Shown in pieces: positions 25,155 to 36,398 of a stretch of DNA of 36,457 nucleotides. The stretch is from Octopus bimaculoides (taxonomy: Eukaryota): the NCBI RefSeq assembly GCF_001194135.2, contig NC_068984.1:136534727-136571183 (forward strand), in the 5' to 3' direction. The position numbers and the translations under genes were made by a program. Within the stretch, counting starts at the first letter, position 1, and each line of letters begins with the position of its first letter. Under the pieces are notes generated by a model, which was not told where the DNA came from, did not search any database, and saw only the letters and a program-made list of their open reading frames with translations.

Positions 25155-25300
25155 GAGGTTTTAAGCACAAGTCCAGAAATTTTGAAGCGAAAAGTCAAGT
25201 GTATATCATTGGCCGCCAATTTTGACACATTGCATTTTTTGTCACTGAAAGGATGAAACACAAAGTTGACGTCAGCACGATTTGAACTCAGAACATAAAA
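25155..25300 (-). mobile_element. Diverged S1 SINE
   Basis: GAAAGGATGAAACACAAAGTTGACGTCAGCACGATTTGAACTCAGAAC matches S1. Confidence 0.7.
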
Positions 25301-25319
25301 GTGTTTGCATATACAAACC

Positions 25320-25700
25320 TTTGAATCATTTCAATGATGTTTACAAGATCGGGTGTCGTTGAGTAAACAAGTTGCATAAACTTAGGTCGCAAGAGCTGTC
25401 AAAAAGAGGGTATTGAGGGACTAGAAAACTTTAAAAAAGACAAAACTATATAACGGCCTTAAGAATTCAAACATGGCAGAATTCTTTAATAATACAACTT
25501 GGATTTGTAAATTAGGTTATTTTTGAGAAACGTCTGAGAAGCAGTGCGAATATAATATGTCTCCGCAGCAAAGTAACGTAGTTTGATTTTCAAAGGCGAA
25601 AATTAAAGCGTTGATGCAAAAATAAAGCTATCGGAACCTGCAGCTGCAAATAAATAAGAAGTGTTTTCATGTGCTGCTGGTTTTTCTCTGGTAAAATCTT
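25320..25700 (+). pseudogene. hAT (Charlie/Buster-like) transposase remnant, core region
   Basis: With stops and frameshifts: LSK.RVLR (cf. RWLSRGKVL), SNMAEFFNNTTWICKLGYF*ETSEKQCEYNMSPQ (cf. W..KLAYL.DIF..LNELNLSLQ), KIKALMQK. Confidence 0.65.
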
Positions 25701-25724
25701 TTGACGTTCGATTCGACGATATAT

Positions 25725-25945
25725 ATACACTATGTGCGTGTATGTGTGTGTGTGCGTTTGTGTGTGTGTACATACGAACATGCATACATATATACATATA
25801 TTTTTAAATATGTATATATATAGATATATACACATGTATGTGTATATAAATACATACGTATATAGACAGATAGAGAGATGGATAGACATCTGTGCATATA
25901 TACATACATACATCGTATATATATATANNNNNNNNNNTATATATA
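25725..25945. repeat. (TG)/(TA)/(GATA) low complexity with a 10-N gap
   Basis: Read directly. Confidence 0.85.
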
Positions 25946-26340
25946 TGTTCTCTTCTCTTTTTAATTATTTAAATTCTTCCTCCGAGAAGGGAGCTGGTTT
26001 CTAACAAAGGTAAGTATGCATATCGTTTGAACGCAGATAACAAAAACTATGTCACATTTTAAACTTTACAAAAGTCTTTATTATTTTACTGTTCTTCTCA
26101 CAGATTGTATTTGTAATCTGGATATAGAAGTTGGTGTTTTCGAAGGAGTTTTCCATGTATGAATGTATGTATATATGTATGTATGTATGTCTCTTCTATT
26201 TTTAATTATTGTAAATCTTCCGCTAAGTAGGGAACCGGTTTCCAACAAAGATACAAGGCTTCAGATATATTCACATGTGGGACTTGTGAAAAGTATTGCA
26301 TATTTTTACTGTTCTACTCACAAATTGCACTGGTAATGTA
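25945..26340. repeat. Two diverged tandem copies of a unit, spaced about 240 bp
   Basis: TTTTAATTATT...GGTTTC.AACAAAG...TTTTACTGTTCT.CTCACA occurs at 25945-26130 and again at 26186-26340. Confidence 0.7.
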
Positions 26341-26419
26341 CCAATTAACCGGTCGATTAGGGATGTGATCCACAGAGGACCAGCTTCATTTTGATGTATG
26401 ATACATGTTCCTGTATTGG

Positions 26420-26610
26420 TAATTATACCTGTCCTAAACAAAATGGCATTACCTTTTGACTCACACTCGTATGTGTATTTTGTTATGGACACCGAAACTA
26501 TGAAAGGAAAATTCTCCCAGCGAGATTTGAACTCCAAACGAAGAGAATTATAGCAAACATCATGAAGCTTTCTCGTCAACATTTCAAAGTGTCTGCCAAT
26601 TCTCTGCCAT
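26420..26610 (-). mobile_element. Highly diverged S1 SINE
   Basis: ATGAAAGGAAAATTCTCCCAGCGAGATTTGAACTC and a TCTGCCA head remnant. Confidence 0.5.
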
Positions 26611-26649
26611 GAATTCGACTTGGCCAATCATAATTGAGCGATTTTGTTA

Positions 26650-27000
26650 TTCTTCTGGCCTTTTGGCGATACGAATTCTTCACCAATCAAGGATGGTTTC
26701 TTTTGCAATTAAGCATGTGGTTCGTATGATGTTCTAAAGTATTTTGTCTAGAATCTCTGCATGTTTTTAAAAAAAATATTGATTTTGTATTCTGGAGGAT
26801 TTCGGTAATCTTTCAATAAAAACAAAGAATTGCCTGCAGTGGATGCATGACTAGTATCAAGATATCTTTTTAATTTAGCAGATTTCATACTTTCATTCAC
26901 CAAATATTAGTTACGACTTAAGTAGAATGGATGGTGCTCGATATGCTTGAAGGCAAACATAAATTCATAATGCAAGAAGAATTCGTTGTACTTCGTCATT
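26650..27000 (-). pseudogene. hAT (Charlie/Buster-like) transposase remnant, N-terminal region
   Basis: Minus strand: TKYNEFFLHY..., LVNESMKSAKLKRYLDTSH (cf. LSNESMKPSKLKRHLETKH), CLIAK and IGEEFVSP (cf. HTIGEELILP), with frameshifts. Confidence 0.75.
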
Positions 27001-27379
27001 TTTGCAGCAGGATTCTTCATCTATAATTCCATTCGCTTTCCGAATCCTATTACTGTATCAGGAATATTAAATGTTTCCATATTAAGTATTTCTTTAGCGT
27101 TGCTTCTCGCTTTGTTATTTTTTGACACATTTAACCCTTTCCTACGAGGAAGACTCTTCGAAAAATAAATTTAATGATTTTACATTCAAAATAAAATTAA
27201 AATAATAGTTCTGCTAAATTAATCGAGATAAATATATACCTGTAAGTATTTGCATTATATAACAAGTTCGAAGTTAAAGCATCTAAAATTCTGTTTTCCA
27301 TTTATTGAATTACCTTCATAGGAGATCAGGTTAATCTGGAATTATCTCAACAATTTTTGATCGATCCTATATATGAATT

Positions 27380-27648
27380 ACTTAGTTCTCTCACTGTGGT
27401 GAGCCCGAGGACTCGTAATCCAGTTTTCATGGAATATAAGTGACTGAGATTGCGACAAACTCTTCTGGCCTAGACACCGGACCGTTGCAGGGATAAATTC
27501 GCAGTAACTGCTGGAACTCATTTGCAACTGAGTAGACTGTGCCAACGGGAAATTGAAGTGTTTTGCTCGAGAACGCAACGTGCTGCCCGTTTTGAGAATC
27601 GAAACTATGACCTTAAAATTGTGACTGCAATACGCTAACCAACAGGCT
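27380..27648 (-). mobile_element. Diverged SINE (head H', body B2)
   Basis: GAAATTGAAGTGTTTTGCTCGAGAACGCAACG...GAATCGAAACTA matches 22640-22710. Confidence 0.7.
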
Positions 27649-28129
27649 TCGAAAGTGTATATTTCACGCTTGCCAAAATTGCGTTATCTCAATAAACATT
27701 TACTATTGCAATACAATGTCACGGATTTTATCAAAAATTCAAAACCGTGGCTATAAACTCATCGGATTAATACAATTTAACAAAAATACTTCCTTTTCTT
27801 AGAAATAGTATAAGATTGAAAGACAGGTGTTATATATCGCAAGACACAATACAAAATACGCAGCAACACATTATATAATCTGAATTCATTGTACTAAATT
27901 TACAAAAATGACAATTCATAACAAAATATAATGATATTCACCATGTAAGGCAGTCATTAGATACCGTCGTTTTCAGTGTGTAAAATATTGATATGGAACG
28001 AAAACTAAAGAAGAACAGAACAATGGTGATTCCGTCGAACATACGTTCTGTTTTACAATAGTTTTCGTGTAGTACTGACATTTCATAGCAAAGTTTTCTG
28101 GCATGCTTGTTTCAAGCATATTGTTATAC

Positions 28130-28780
28130 ACAAATCCAGCCAGCCATTTTCTCCGCCCACTACTTCTGGCAGTGTCGTGCGGAAGTGTTTTCGGGACTCT
28201 ATTCTATAGGGTCTTTATCAAAAGCAAGTAACATTCCACTTTCCGGCTGGATTCCCAAGCATGGCCAACTGGTACTATGGATATTATCCATTTCTTTCTA
28301 TGTCTAATATTAGGTCTCTTGTCTGTTGGTTCGGCTTAAAGACTTAAAGATTCCGTCTTGCGATTATTTCTTATGACATTTTCATCATATATCCGTAGTA
28401 CAGGAGCTGTGACTTCTCAATGCAAGGGAGTAGCGGCTCGAACGGGATAGATACCCTGATTTTCAAGGTACGCAGTCTGTCGAATAATATCCCTTCAGAG
28501 ACCCTTCGGGGGAACCATTTCAACCGCTTGTATTCCCGATCCTATTATTTGCATCTTTACGCAAGATTCAGGACCATAGGAGAGGATAGGTAAGAAAACC
28601 GAACTGAAGAGAACAGGTGTGGCTTTTTTTGTTATATAACAGGTGCTGAATCTGTTACATTACTTCGCAGGCCTACGCAAGTCTCGCACCCGATTCAAAA
28701 TACTACCCCTTCCCATCATTTTGAATACGGCCCCACTTATCTCAAATAAAGGTTTCCGCGAACCCAAATTAAAATTACGT
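28130..28780 (-). mobile_element. RTE-clade LINE 3' fragment (dead)
   Basis: Minus strand: LFSSVFLPILSYGPESC..GIQAVEM, RRVS, EPLLPCIEKSQLLYYGYMMKM, WPCLGIQP. These align with RTE motifs YG.E.W / RIQAAEM / EPLLL.IERSQLRWFGH. Confidence 0.82.
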
Positions 28781-28799
28781 AACTGTCCGTAGATTCACT

Positions 28800-28987
28800 G
28801 TTACAGCCCAACACTAAAATAGAATACAGAGGAATTATGTACATTATTTACATTTGACGGATATTTGTCCTCATCTTGTTTGTTGTTAACACAACGTTTC
28901 GGCTCATATACCCTCCAGCCTTCATCAGGTGTCTTGGGGAAATTTCGAACCTGGGTTCTCATTCCTAAGGTATTTTTCGATGTTATG

Positions 28988-29047
<60 letters not shown>

Positions 29048-29113
29048 GAATTAACAACAACAACAACAATAACAACAAGATTGAAAAATACCTTAGGAAT
29101 GAGAACCCAGGTT
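28800..29113 (-). mobile_element. Penelope-like element terminal region with inverted partial copy
   Basis: Contains the hammerhead below. The 31-bp segment 28948-28978 is inverted at 29083-29113 across an (AAT)/(AAC) tract. No ORF is visible, so the PLE assignment rests on the hammerhead architecture. Confidence 0.6.
28888..28933 (-). ncRNA. Minimal type I hammerhead ribozyme motif
   Basis: Minus strand: GACAC-CUGAUGA-A-GGCU(12 nt)AGCC-GAA-ACGU-U-GUGUU. Intact core, 5-bp stem I, 4-bp stem II, palindromic stem III, GUU cleavage triplet. Confidence 0.75.
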
Positions 29114-29304
29114 NNNNNNNNNNNNNNNNNNNNNNNNNNNNNNNNNNNNNNNNNNNNNNNNNNNNNNNNNNNNNNNNNNNNNNNNNNNNNNNNNNNNNNN
29201 NNNNNNNNNNNNNNNNNNNNNNNNNNNNNNNNNNNNNNNNNNNNNNNNNNNNNNNNNNNNNNNNNNNNNNNNNNNNNNNNNNNNNNNNNNNNNNNNNNNN
29301 NACT

Positions 29305-29435
29305 AAAGGCACAGGGCCTGAAATTTTGAGGAAGGCAAGTAGTCAATTGCATCAAACCTAGTGCTCAACTGGTGCCTATTTTATCAGCCACGAAAGGATG
29401 AAAGGCAAAGTCAACTTAGGTGGAATTTGAAGTCA
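29305..29435 (-). mobile_element. Diverged S1 SINE (partial)
   Basis: CGAAAGGATGAAAGGCAAAGTCAACTTAGGTGGAATTTGAA matches S1. Confidence 0.8.
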
Positions 29436-29461
29436 TGTTGATGATGGTAGGAAATAAAGCT

Positions 29462-30410
29462 TACTCAGAGAGTGAATAGAGGATCTGCAGAAAAAGAGAC
29501 GAAAATATCAACCATTTCTCAAGTGAGTGCAGTAAGCTAGCACAAAAAGAGTATAAGCGCAGGCATGACTGTGTCGGTAAAAGAATGTATTTGCGATGTT
29601 AACCGAGTTTGTGGATTCAAAGTGATAGAAAAGTGGCATGAACAAAAGGCCTTATTTTGTGATACAGAATAACAACCACAGAATTTTATGGAGGTTCTCA
29701 ATAAAGATCACGCATAATAATGAAACAAGGAGACCAAGTTTGATTGTGGAAGAATAAAAACGAAAAGTCTAAAATCAGAGACTTTGCAATACCATATAAT
29801 AAAGTAACTTACAATAAAAAAAAAATAGAGCTAAGAAAACTAGGAAATATCAGGATCTCGTCAGAGAGAAGTGGAGGCACATGGCCTAGTGGTTAGAGCA
29901 GCGAACTCGCGGTCGAGAAATCGCGGGTTCGAATCTCAGACTGGGCAATGTGTGTGTTTATGAGAGAAACACCTAAGCTACACGCGGCTCCGGTAATGAC
30001 GAAATTCTGCTGACTCTTTCAACACAACTTTCTCTTACTCTTTCCTCCTTCATCTCAATTGACTTGCGCCGGACCGGCGGGTGGGGGGACCTATACGCCA
30101 ATGAAACCGGGAAACCGGTCCTTATGAACCAAGCATGGCTCGAGAAGGAACAAACAACAACATCAGAGAGAAGAAGAGATTGTAGAAGACAAGGGACAAT
30201 GGTTTCTGTGATAATTGGTGCTTTTGGCATAATAAGCAAACCGATACCGAAAAGGCTGAAACACTTTCAAACTGAAACATGCATTGTCAGCCTGCGGAAA
30301 AGTGTCACCTTGCAATCTGCAGGAATCCTAAGAGAGACTCTTGAGATTTAAGGAGAATTGTTGTCACCAAACCTTAAGATAACATTCCTGTTAGTTAACT
30401 AAATTATCCC
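29462..30410 (+). mobile_element. REL-endonuclease (R4/Dong-like) LINE 3' fragment interrupted by a SINE
   Basis: Zinc-knuckle remnant RICRKRDENINHFSSECSKLAQKEYKRRHD, RRPSLIV (cf. RRPD), DFAIP, KYQDLVRE, then after the SINE VIIGAFG...SAGILRETLEI* (stop at 30351). Confidence 0.88.
29872..30162 (+). mobile_element. Full-length tRNA-derived SINE (head H, body B1, tail T2) with 11-bp TSD
   Basis: TSD TCAGAGAGAAG at 29861-29871 and 30163-30173. A-box TGGCCTAGTGG (29882-29892), B-box GGTTCGAATCT (29926-29936), and a (CAA)n tail. Confidence 0.93.
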
Positions 30411-30411
30411 T

Positions 30412-30515
30412 TTGATAATAATAATGGTAATGTTAATGATAATAATAACGATAGCAGCAATATCAATAATAATAATAATAATAATGGTGATGATGATGAT
30501 GACGTGGAGGAAGAT

Positions 30516-30556
<41 letters not shown>

Positions 30557-30620
30557 ATAGTAGTAGTAGTAGTAGTAGTAGTTATAGTAGTAGTAGATGA
30601 GGATGAGGATGAAATGAGGA
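30412..30620 (+). repeat. Compound trinucleotide tract (AAT)/(GAT)/(AGT)n
   Basis: Read directly. Confidence 0.92.
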
Positions 30621-30699
30621 GGGGCTTCTGTCAAAGAGAGTAGGGAGAGATCATTAAGAAATGCAAATCAAAGTGAATACCTAACAGTGTTTAGTTTTA

Positions 30700-32050
30700 G
30701 CATTATGCTTTCTGATCATTGAGATTACTGCCGGTTCTGTATTTCCATAGCAAGGATATAACATCAGAAATGTATTGGGATCGATTCAAAGAATTATATC
30801 CACCCAAAAGTAATGTATGGTCCTGCTGTCAATCTACGAAACCATTAGCAGCAGTTGTTAGGATGCCTTGTCACAGAATTCCTTTTCCATTCCAGTAGTA
30901 TTCCTTTTCCATTGCAGCCAACGTTGATTTCCGATTCGAGCTTCAATAGTATTGATTGAATTCTTCCATATAATATTGTGGGGGTTGATTTAATCAGCTA
31001 ATATTTGAAGACATAGAAAATTTTGTTTTGTGTCAGCTGGACAGAAATCGTTATTAGAGTATCACCTTGCTGAAATCTGAGTCCTTAAATTCAATTATGG
31101 CGTATTACTATCCCTAATATTCCTTGATACATCCCAGTTCTTACTACTTTACTCCATTACATCTATCTTACACCTTCAAAATTATAATACTCTAGGAAAT
31201 GCGATGAATGTAAACGGTTTCCGTTTTCCCTGATAACTTTAAAGTTGTACTGAATTTAAGGAAAGTGCTTCGTGTCCAGTGATTGGCTATCTATATCGTC
31301 CGCATCGTGCAGAAAATTTCACCAGTAGTGTGCTATTGACGGTTTTTTTATTCGGTAAGCTATAATTTTATGAAATATACTAAACATGCTTAATTCTGGC
31401 GAACTCTTCAAATATTTAAAATGAACCAATGCCAACCGACTTAGATCAGGTCAGGATAACGATTCAGAACAATGATACACCGAACCGAACAACCTCCATA
31501 GTATAGTCCAACATACTTGTACCAGCGTTCTGAAATTTTGCATGCAACTACAAGATTCTTCTTGATAATATATTCTATAAAAAAAGGGAAATGAACAAAT
31601 AACACGCATAAAAGATTTGGTCTTTCAAATGTAATACGTTTGTCCTTTCCATAGACGCGTGATTACCGACTTTAACAATAGTCTCTTGGAATTTTCTTCA
31701 GTTTTCATTAATAATGCACCGTCGATTCCACTGAGAAATTTAGGAATTGTAGTTTCGTACATTAAGTTTTTCTTATTTCTTATTGTTACAATTCAATTAT
31801 GTCTTTTGTTAATGTCTTCTAGTTATTTGTCTTCTACATATTTTTTGGTTATTTCTTAGGCTATATTTACTCCATTTACTCTGCGCTGATGTTATCAATC
31901 CTCTTCTGGCTGTTTTTATTCATATCCAGTGCAATTCGAAAACTGCCTAGAAGCGATTTGGTCTGCAACAGTAAGGAATGGTGGTAGTCATTTGCAACAG
32001 AGAGAAGAAAGCTCAAACAGTGGTCACAACCATACGCACATTCAAGATAT
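30700..32050 (-). mobile_element. Heavily decayed non-LTR reverse transcriptase remnant
   Basis: Colinear degraded motifs on the minus strand: RIALDMNKNSQKRIDNISAE (cf. K..KAPGID.I.AE), NFRTL...ILWRL, *RVRQN (cf. GVRQG), LHDADDI (cf. YADD), TILYG. Confidence 0.5.
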
Positions 32051-32259
32051 TCAGTTAACCACAGATGCCCAGAATCATAGAAACCAAGCCAACACAAAAA
32101 CAATGATGAATTAGCCCAGAAAATAATAAAAATTGCTCGACCACTCAGCGAAATTGAAAGAGAATAACAATAAAGTTCTGGATTTTACTAGGTATACCTG
32201 TATATATCCGTATTGACGAGTGTGCCGAGTTGATGGCTCTCGGTTAATGTAAGGAAGAG

Positions 32260-32512
32260 GGCCAGTCGATTACATCGACCCCAGTACGCAACTGGTTCTT
32301 TATTTATCGACCCCGAAAGGCTGAAAGGCAAAGACGACCTCAGAAGGTAAAGACAGACAAAATACCGTTAAGCATTTCGCCCGGCGTGCTAACGTTTCTT
32401 ATTTCTTTATTGCCCACAGTTGATCTCGGCGTAATTTCAATTCGGAACAATAGGATGCTGGACGAAATGACTCCAAGCACTTTTCTTCGACGCGCTATCG
32501 ATTCTGCCGCCC
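32260..32512 (-). mobile_element. Two adjacent S1 SINE fragments
   Basis: 32265-32398 is a young S1 core and head; 32417-32512 is a diverged head fragment. Confidence 0.85.
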
Positions 32513-32534
32513 TAATAAGTATGTATATTGATAT

Positions 32535-32680
32535 TAATTCTGAGTTCCGCTGAGGTCGACTTTGCCTTTCATCCTTTCGGTGTCGAAAGATTAAGTATCA
32601 ATTGCGTACTGGAGTCGATATAATCGACTGACCCTATCCTCAAAAATTTCAAGCTTTGTACTTAGATTAGAAAAAGAAAC
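32535..32680 (+). mobile_element. S1 SINE core and tail, plus orientation
   Basis: CTGAGGTCGACTTTGCCTTTCATCCTTTCGG...GTCGATATAATCGAC. Confidence 0.88.
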
Positions 32681-33217
32681 TTAATTCTGGGTTGCCTTTC
32701 GACACCGTATACTTCTCCATATGATTAAAACATACAATATAGCAGGTCCACTACAACCTTATAGATTCTGACTTTATTCTTTAGTCACTGTATTATTTTA
32801 TTTTACAATATTTTATTTTATTTATGTTATGGACTGTTACTTTCTGGAATGTAATTATATTTAATTTAGACTCTAACGGTCAACGAAATATTTTTCTTAA
32901 CGGACAATGTTTTGCTTAATAGACAGTAATTTTCTTTAATAGTTCTATTTAATTTGTCTGTCTTCCTCTATTTACTGTGTTTTACAGATTAAATTAAAAC
33001 TCTATCTTGACATGAAACATACTAATACTAGATGCCATTAAATTAAGAAGATCTGATAATCATGTCTCTCCCCTCCTTGGACACTTGTCAATAAATTAGA
33101 AGTCAGCTTGAGTTTACTGCTATACACCCTCCCACTTTATTGTAATGCAGACTAAGTTTAGCAGAGGCAGTCTGGCTTCTCAAAGAATAGAATGGCACAC
33201 AATTCCTTTCTTTATAT

Positions 33218-33360
33218 AGGCGTCGGGCTGGTAGAATCGTTAGCACGCTAGGCGAAATACTCAGTGGTATTTCGTCCGGCTTTACGTTCTGAGTTCAAAT
33301 TCCGCTGAGGACGACTTTGCTTTTCATCCTTCCGGGATCGATAAATTAAATACCAGTTAA
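33218..33360 (+). mobile_element. S1 SINE 5' half (tail remnant resumes at about 33636-33680)
   Basis: A-box-like TGGTAGAATCG and B-box GAGTTCAAATTCC (33291-33303), followed by the core. Confidence 0.88.
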
Positions 33361-33631
33361 CCCATTACCTACCAGTGATCTCATATGAGTTCACTTATAA
33401 ATTTCGTAATTATCTGTCAGTATTTACACATATCTAACCTTTTTGCTACATCTACTAGGTATATTTCTCTGATATTCAAATGAGGTTTGCTAATTTTTCA
33501 CCCAATATCTCGCTTATTTCTATTTTAAATGTTATTTTGATCATTCCAGCATGTTTCTAAGGCTGTTTTATGCTAGAAATCAAAGTTTCATAAAAAAAAT
33601 TCCAGTTAATAGAATTATGGGAGGTAATGGG
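33361..33631. mobile_element. TTAA-flanked MITE (piggyBac-like), second family
   Basis: TTAA at 33357-33360 and 33632-33635; 14-bp TIRs CCCATTACCT(A/C)CCA match at 13/14. Confidence 0.92.
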
Positions 33632-34682
33632 TTAAACACAAATTTCAGGCCTTGTACCTTCAGTAGACAGAATAATTCCTTTCTTTCTATCAGTTTTTAG
33701 TCGATCAAATGTAGGATTGATCATATAGCAATGTGCAACACTTGGCCAGGTTAATTGAAACGCTTATAACCTAAATAAATCGTTTAAAACACTAGCAAGG
33801 CACATCTCACTCATTTATCTTAAGATAACCCAACAATAACTACTGAACTTAACTAAAAGAACACACATGCACCGCATACACATACATACATACATTCACA
33901 CGTACGTGTGTGTGCGCGGTTTCATGTGTATTCTATTAGTTAAATTCAGGAGTGATTATTGCGTTATCTTAAGACACGAGAGTGAGATGTGCCTTGCTAA
34001 TGTTTTAAATGCCTTTACTGGCTTCGAGAAATTACATTCACATATATTAACAAACATACATCGGGCGAGTTAAATGCTAATATTCTGTACATTGTGCTTC
34101 TAGCAGAGGTTTCGAATGCCATAGTCAATACATACATGCATACAGACAAATATACATATATATGTATAAATACATTAGATTTATGTATATANNNNNNNNN
34201 NNNNNNNNNNNNNNNNNNNNNNNNNNNNNNNNNNNNNNNNNNNNNNNNNNNNNNNNNNNNNNNNNNNNNNNNNNNNNNNNNNNNNNNNNNNNNNNNNNNN
34301 NNNNNNNNNNNNNNNNNNNNNNNNNNNNNNNNNNNNNNNNNNNNNNNNNNNNNNNNNNNNNNNNNNNNNNNNNNNNNNNNNNNNNNNNNNNNNNNNNNNN
34401 NNNNNNNNNNNNNNNNNNNNNNNNNNNNNNNNNNNNNNNNNNNNNNNNNNNNNNNNNNNNNNNNNNNNNNNNNNNNNNNNNNNNNNNNNNNNNNNNNNNN
34501 NNNNNNNNNNNNNNNNNNNNNNNNNNNNNNNNNNNNNNNNNNNNNNNNNNNNNNNNNNNNNNNNNNNNNNNNNNNNNNNNNNNNNNNNNNNNNNNNNNNN
34601 NNNNNNNNNNNNNNNNNNNNNNNNNNNNNNNNNNNNNNNNNNNNNNNNNNNNNNNNNNNNNNNNNNNNNNNNNNNNNNNNNN

Positions 34683-34915
34683 GTGTGTGTGTGTGTGTTT
34701 GTGTGTGTGTGTTTGTCCTCCCACCATCGCTTAACAACCGATGCTGGTGCGTTTATGTCCCCGTAACATAGACGTTCGGCACAAAGAGACCGATAGAATA
34801 AGTACTAGGCTTACAAATAATAAGTCCTGAGATCGATTTTCTCGACTAAAGGCAGTGCTCCAGCATGGCCGCAGTCAAATGACTGAAATAAGTAAAAGAG
34901 AAAAAGAGTAAAAGA
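34683..34915 (+). mobile_element. S2 SINE 3' domain following gap 34192-34682
   Basis: Matches 2640-2856. Confidence 0.88.
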
Positions 34916-35619
34916 GTATATATTCAAATATATATATATATATACATGAATATGTGTGTGAATGTGTTTGTGTCTGTGTGTGTCTGTGTGTCATAGTATT
35001 TACTGCAGTATGGTTTGTTCTAACAGAAGATCCAAGTTCAAGTGGGCAGAAATATTACCTCACTAGTATCATTTATTGGACAGCAGCCGTGGGGCATTAC
35101 TCTCAGACATCTGGTCGATCTTGGTGAAATAATGCAACACAACCAAATCTCAAAGAGAATGCAGAAATATACATACGCTCTTACTCACATCCACTCATAC
35201 TCAGGTAAAGACATATTTATATTTTTATTCGTATTTACATATACAACCAACTTAAATATAAAGAATATGGCAAACAAAACAAAACACAAACAAACTAATC
35301 GAAAAATTCCCTTCATCGGCTTTTTGTTGAGTGTCATTGTGTTTTGATGCCTTACGACAAGACCACTTGTTTCAGCAAGGTTAAATGATGGTTGGAAAAC
35401 GAGAAGGATGCACTGGATACAGAATTTCTAGATGTCTATAATAGACAAATAGACAGGATGGTCGTAGCTCGAACACTTTTGGTCGTTGGTGCGATTATAA
35501 TAATTATTATAATTTCTAACTAGGGACAAATATATATAATTTGGGAGTTGGAAACAGTTGTCCTTAATAAATCGTTACTTGATTAGTTCCTGTCTTTTAA
35601 CTGCCAGAAGTACCAATGT

Positions 35620-36290
35620 CAAAATTTACATTGGTGGAGCTTGAACTCAGAAAGTAAAGAGCCGTATCTAAATACCATTATATTTAAAGTTCGAGATCTT
35701 AATATTTGTGCCATTATTTGACTGGTATGTTATCGAGCTGGAAAAGATATAAACGAAAATTTCTACTTATGTGAGGTCTGAACTCAAAACGTATGAAAGA
35801 AAGAATTAAGTTAACGCTGCCAGGCAATAGTAATAAGATGGATGATTTCTACCATTGGCACGGGGCCATACGTGTTGAGAATTGCACATACTCAACATAT
35901 ATCAATCAGTATTCAAATAGTCCTTATTTTATCGACCCGTGAGGATGAAAAGCAAATTACTTGGCAAGGTTTATAGAGAGAATATAAAGGGACATAACTA
36001 AACGCTGCAAGACTTTTTTCCCTCTTCAATATCAATTCTTCTCTCCGCAGTCCTAAGAATATTAATTACAATTATAAGAATTTCTAAGACAGGTAAAAGG
36101 TTATGTATTTTAGGAGAGAGTATAATCGATTTTATTAAGCCCATAAATTGACTACAACATATTTTATAGAAGAACGAAAGAAATGTTGTCACTGGGGTAT
36201 GATATGAACTCGGAAACTTAGCAGAAAGTGAACAGATACTGGAAGGTATTGTGTTTAATGCACGATTCTGCCTCGCTACCATCTTATAAC
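35620..36290 (-). mobile_element. Cluster of three or four highly diverged S1 fragments
   Basis: TTGAACTCAGAAAGTAAAG (about 35640), TCTGAACTCAAAACGT (about 35780), TTTTATCGACCCGTGAGGATGAAAAGCAAA (about 35930), ACGATTCTGCC (about 36262). Confidence 0.6.
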
Positions 36291-36294
36291 ATAA

Positions 36295-36398
36295 CGTGCG
36301 TGTGTATGTATGTATGTATGTATGTATATATCTATATACATATATATATATATAGGTATATATGTGTGAGTGTGTGTGTGTGGATGTGTGTATTTATA

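Noticed and set aside
29872-29950. tRNA gene (also 9300-9372 and 33218-33303)
   Set aside because: A and B boxes are present, but there is no acceptor-stem closure or Pol III terminator. Each continues into a SINE body, two of them with TSDs.
31930-31970. 41-nt plus-strand exon candidate (CCAG|...|GTAAGG)
   Set aside because: The pyrimidine tract is better explained as the antisense of an A-rich decayed LINE.
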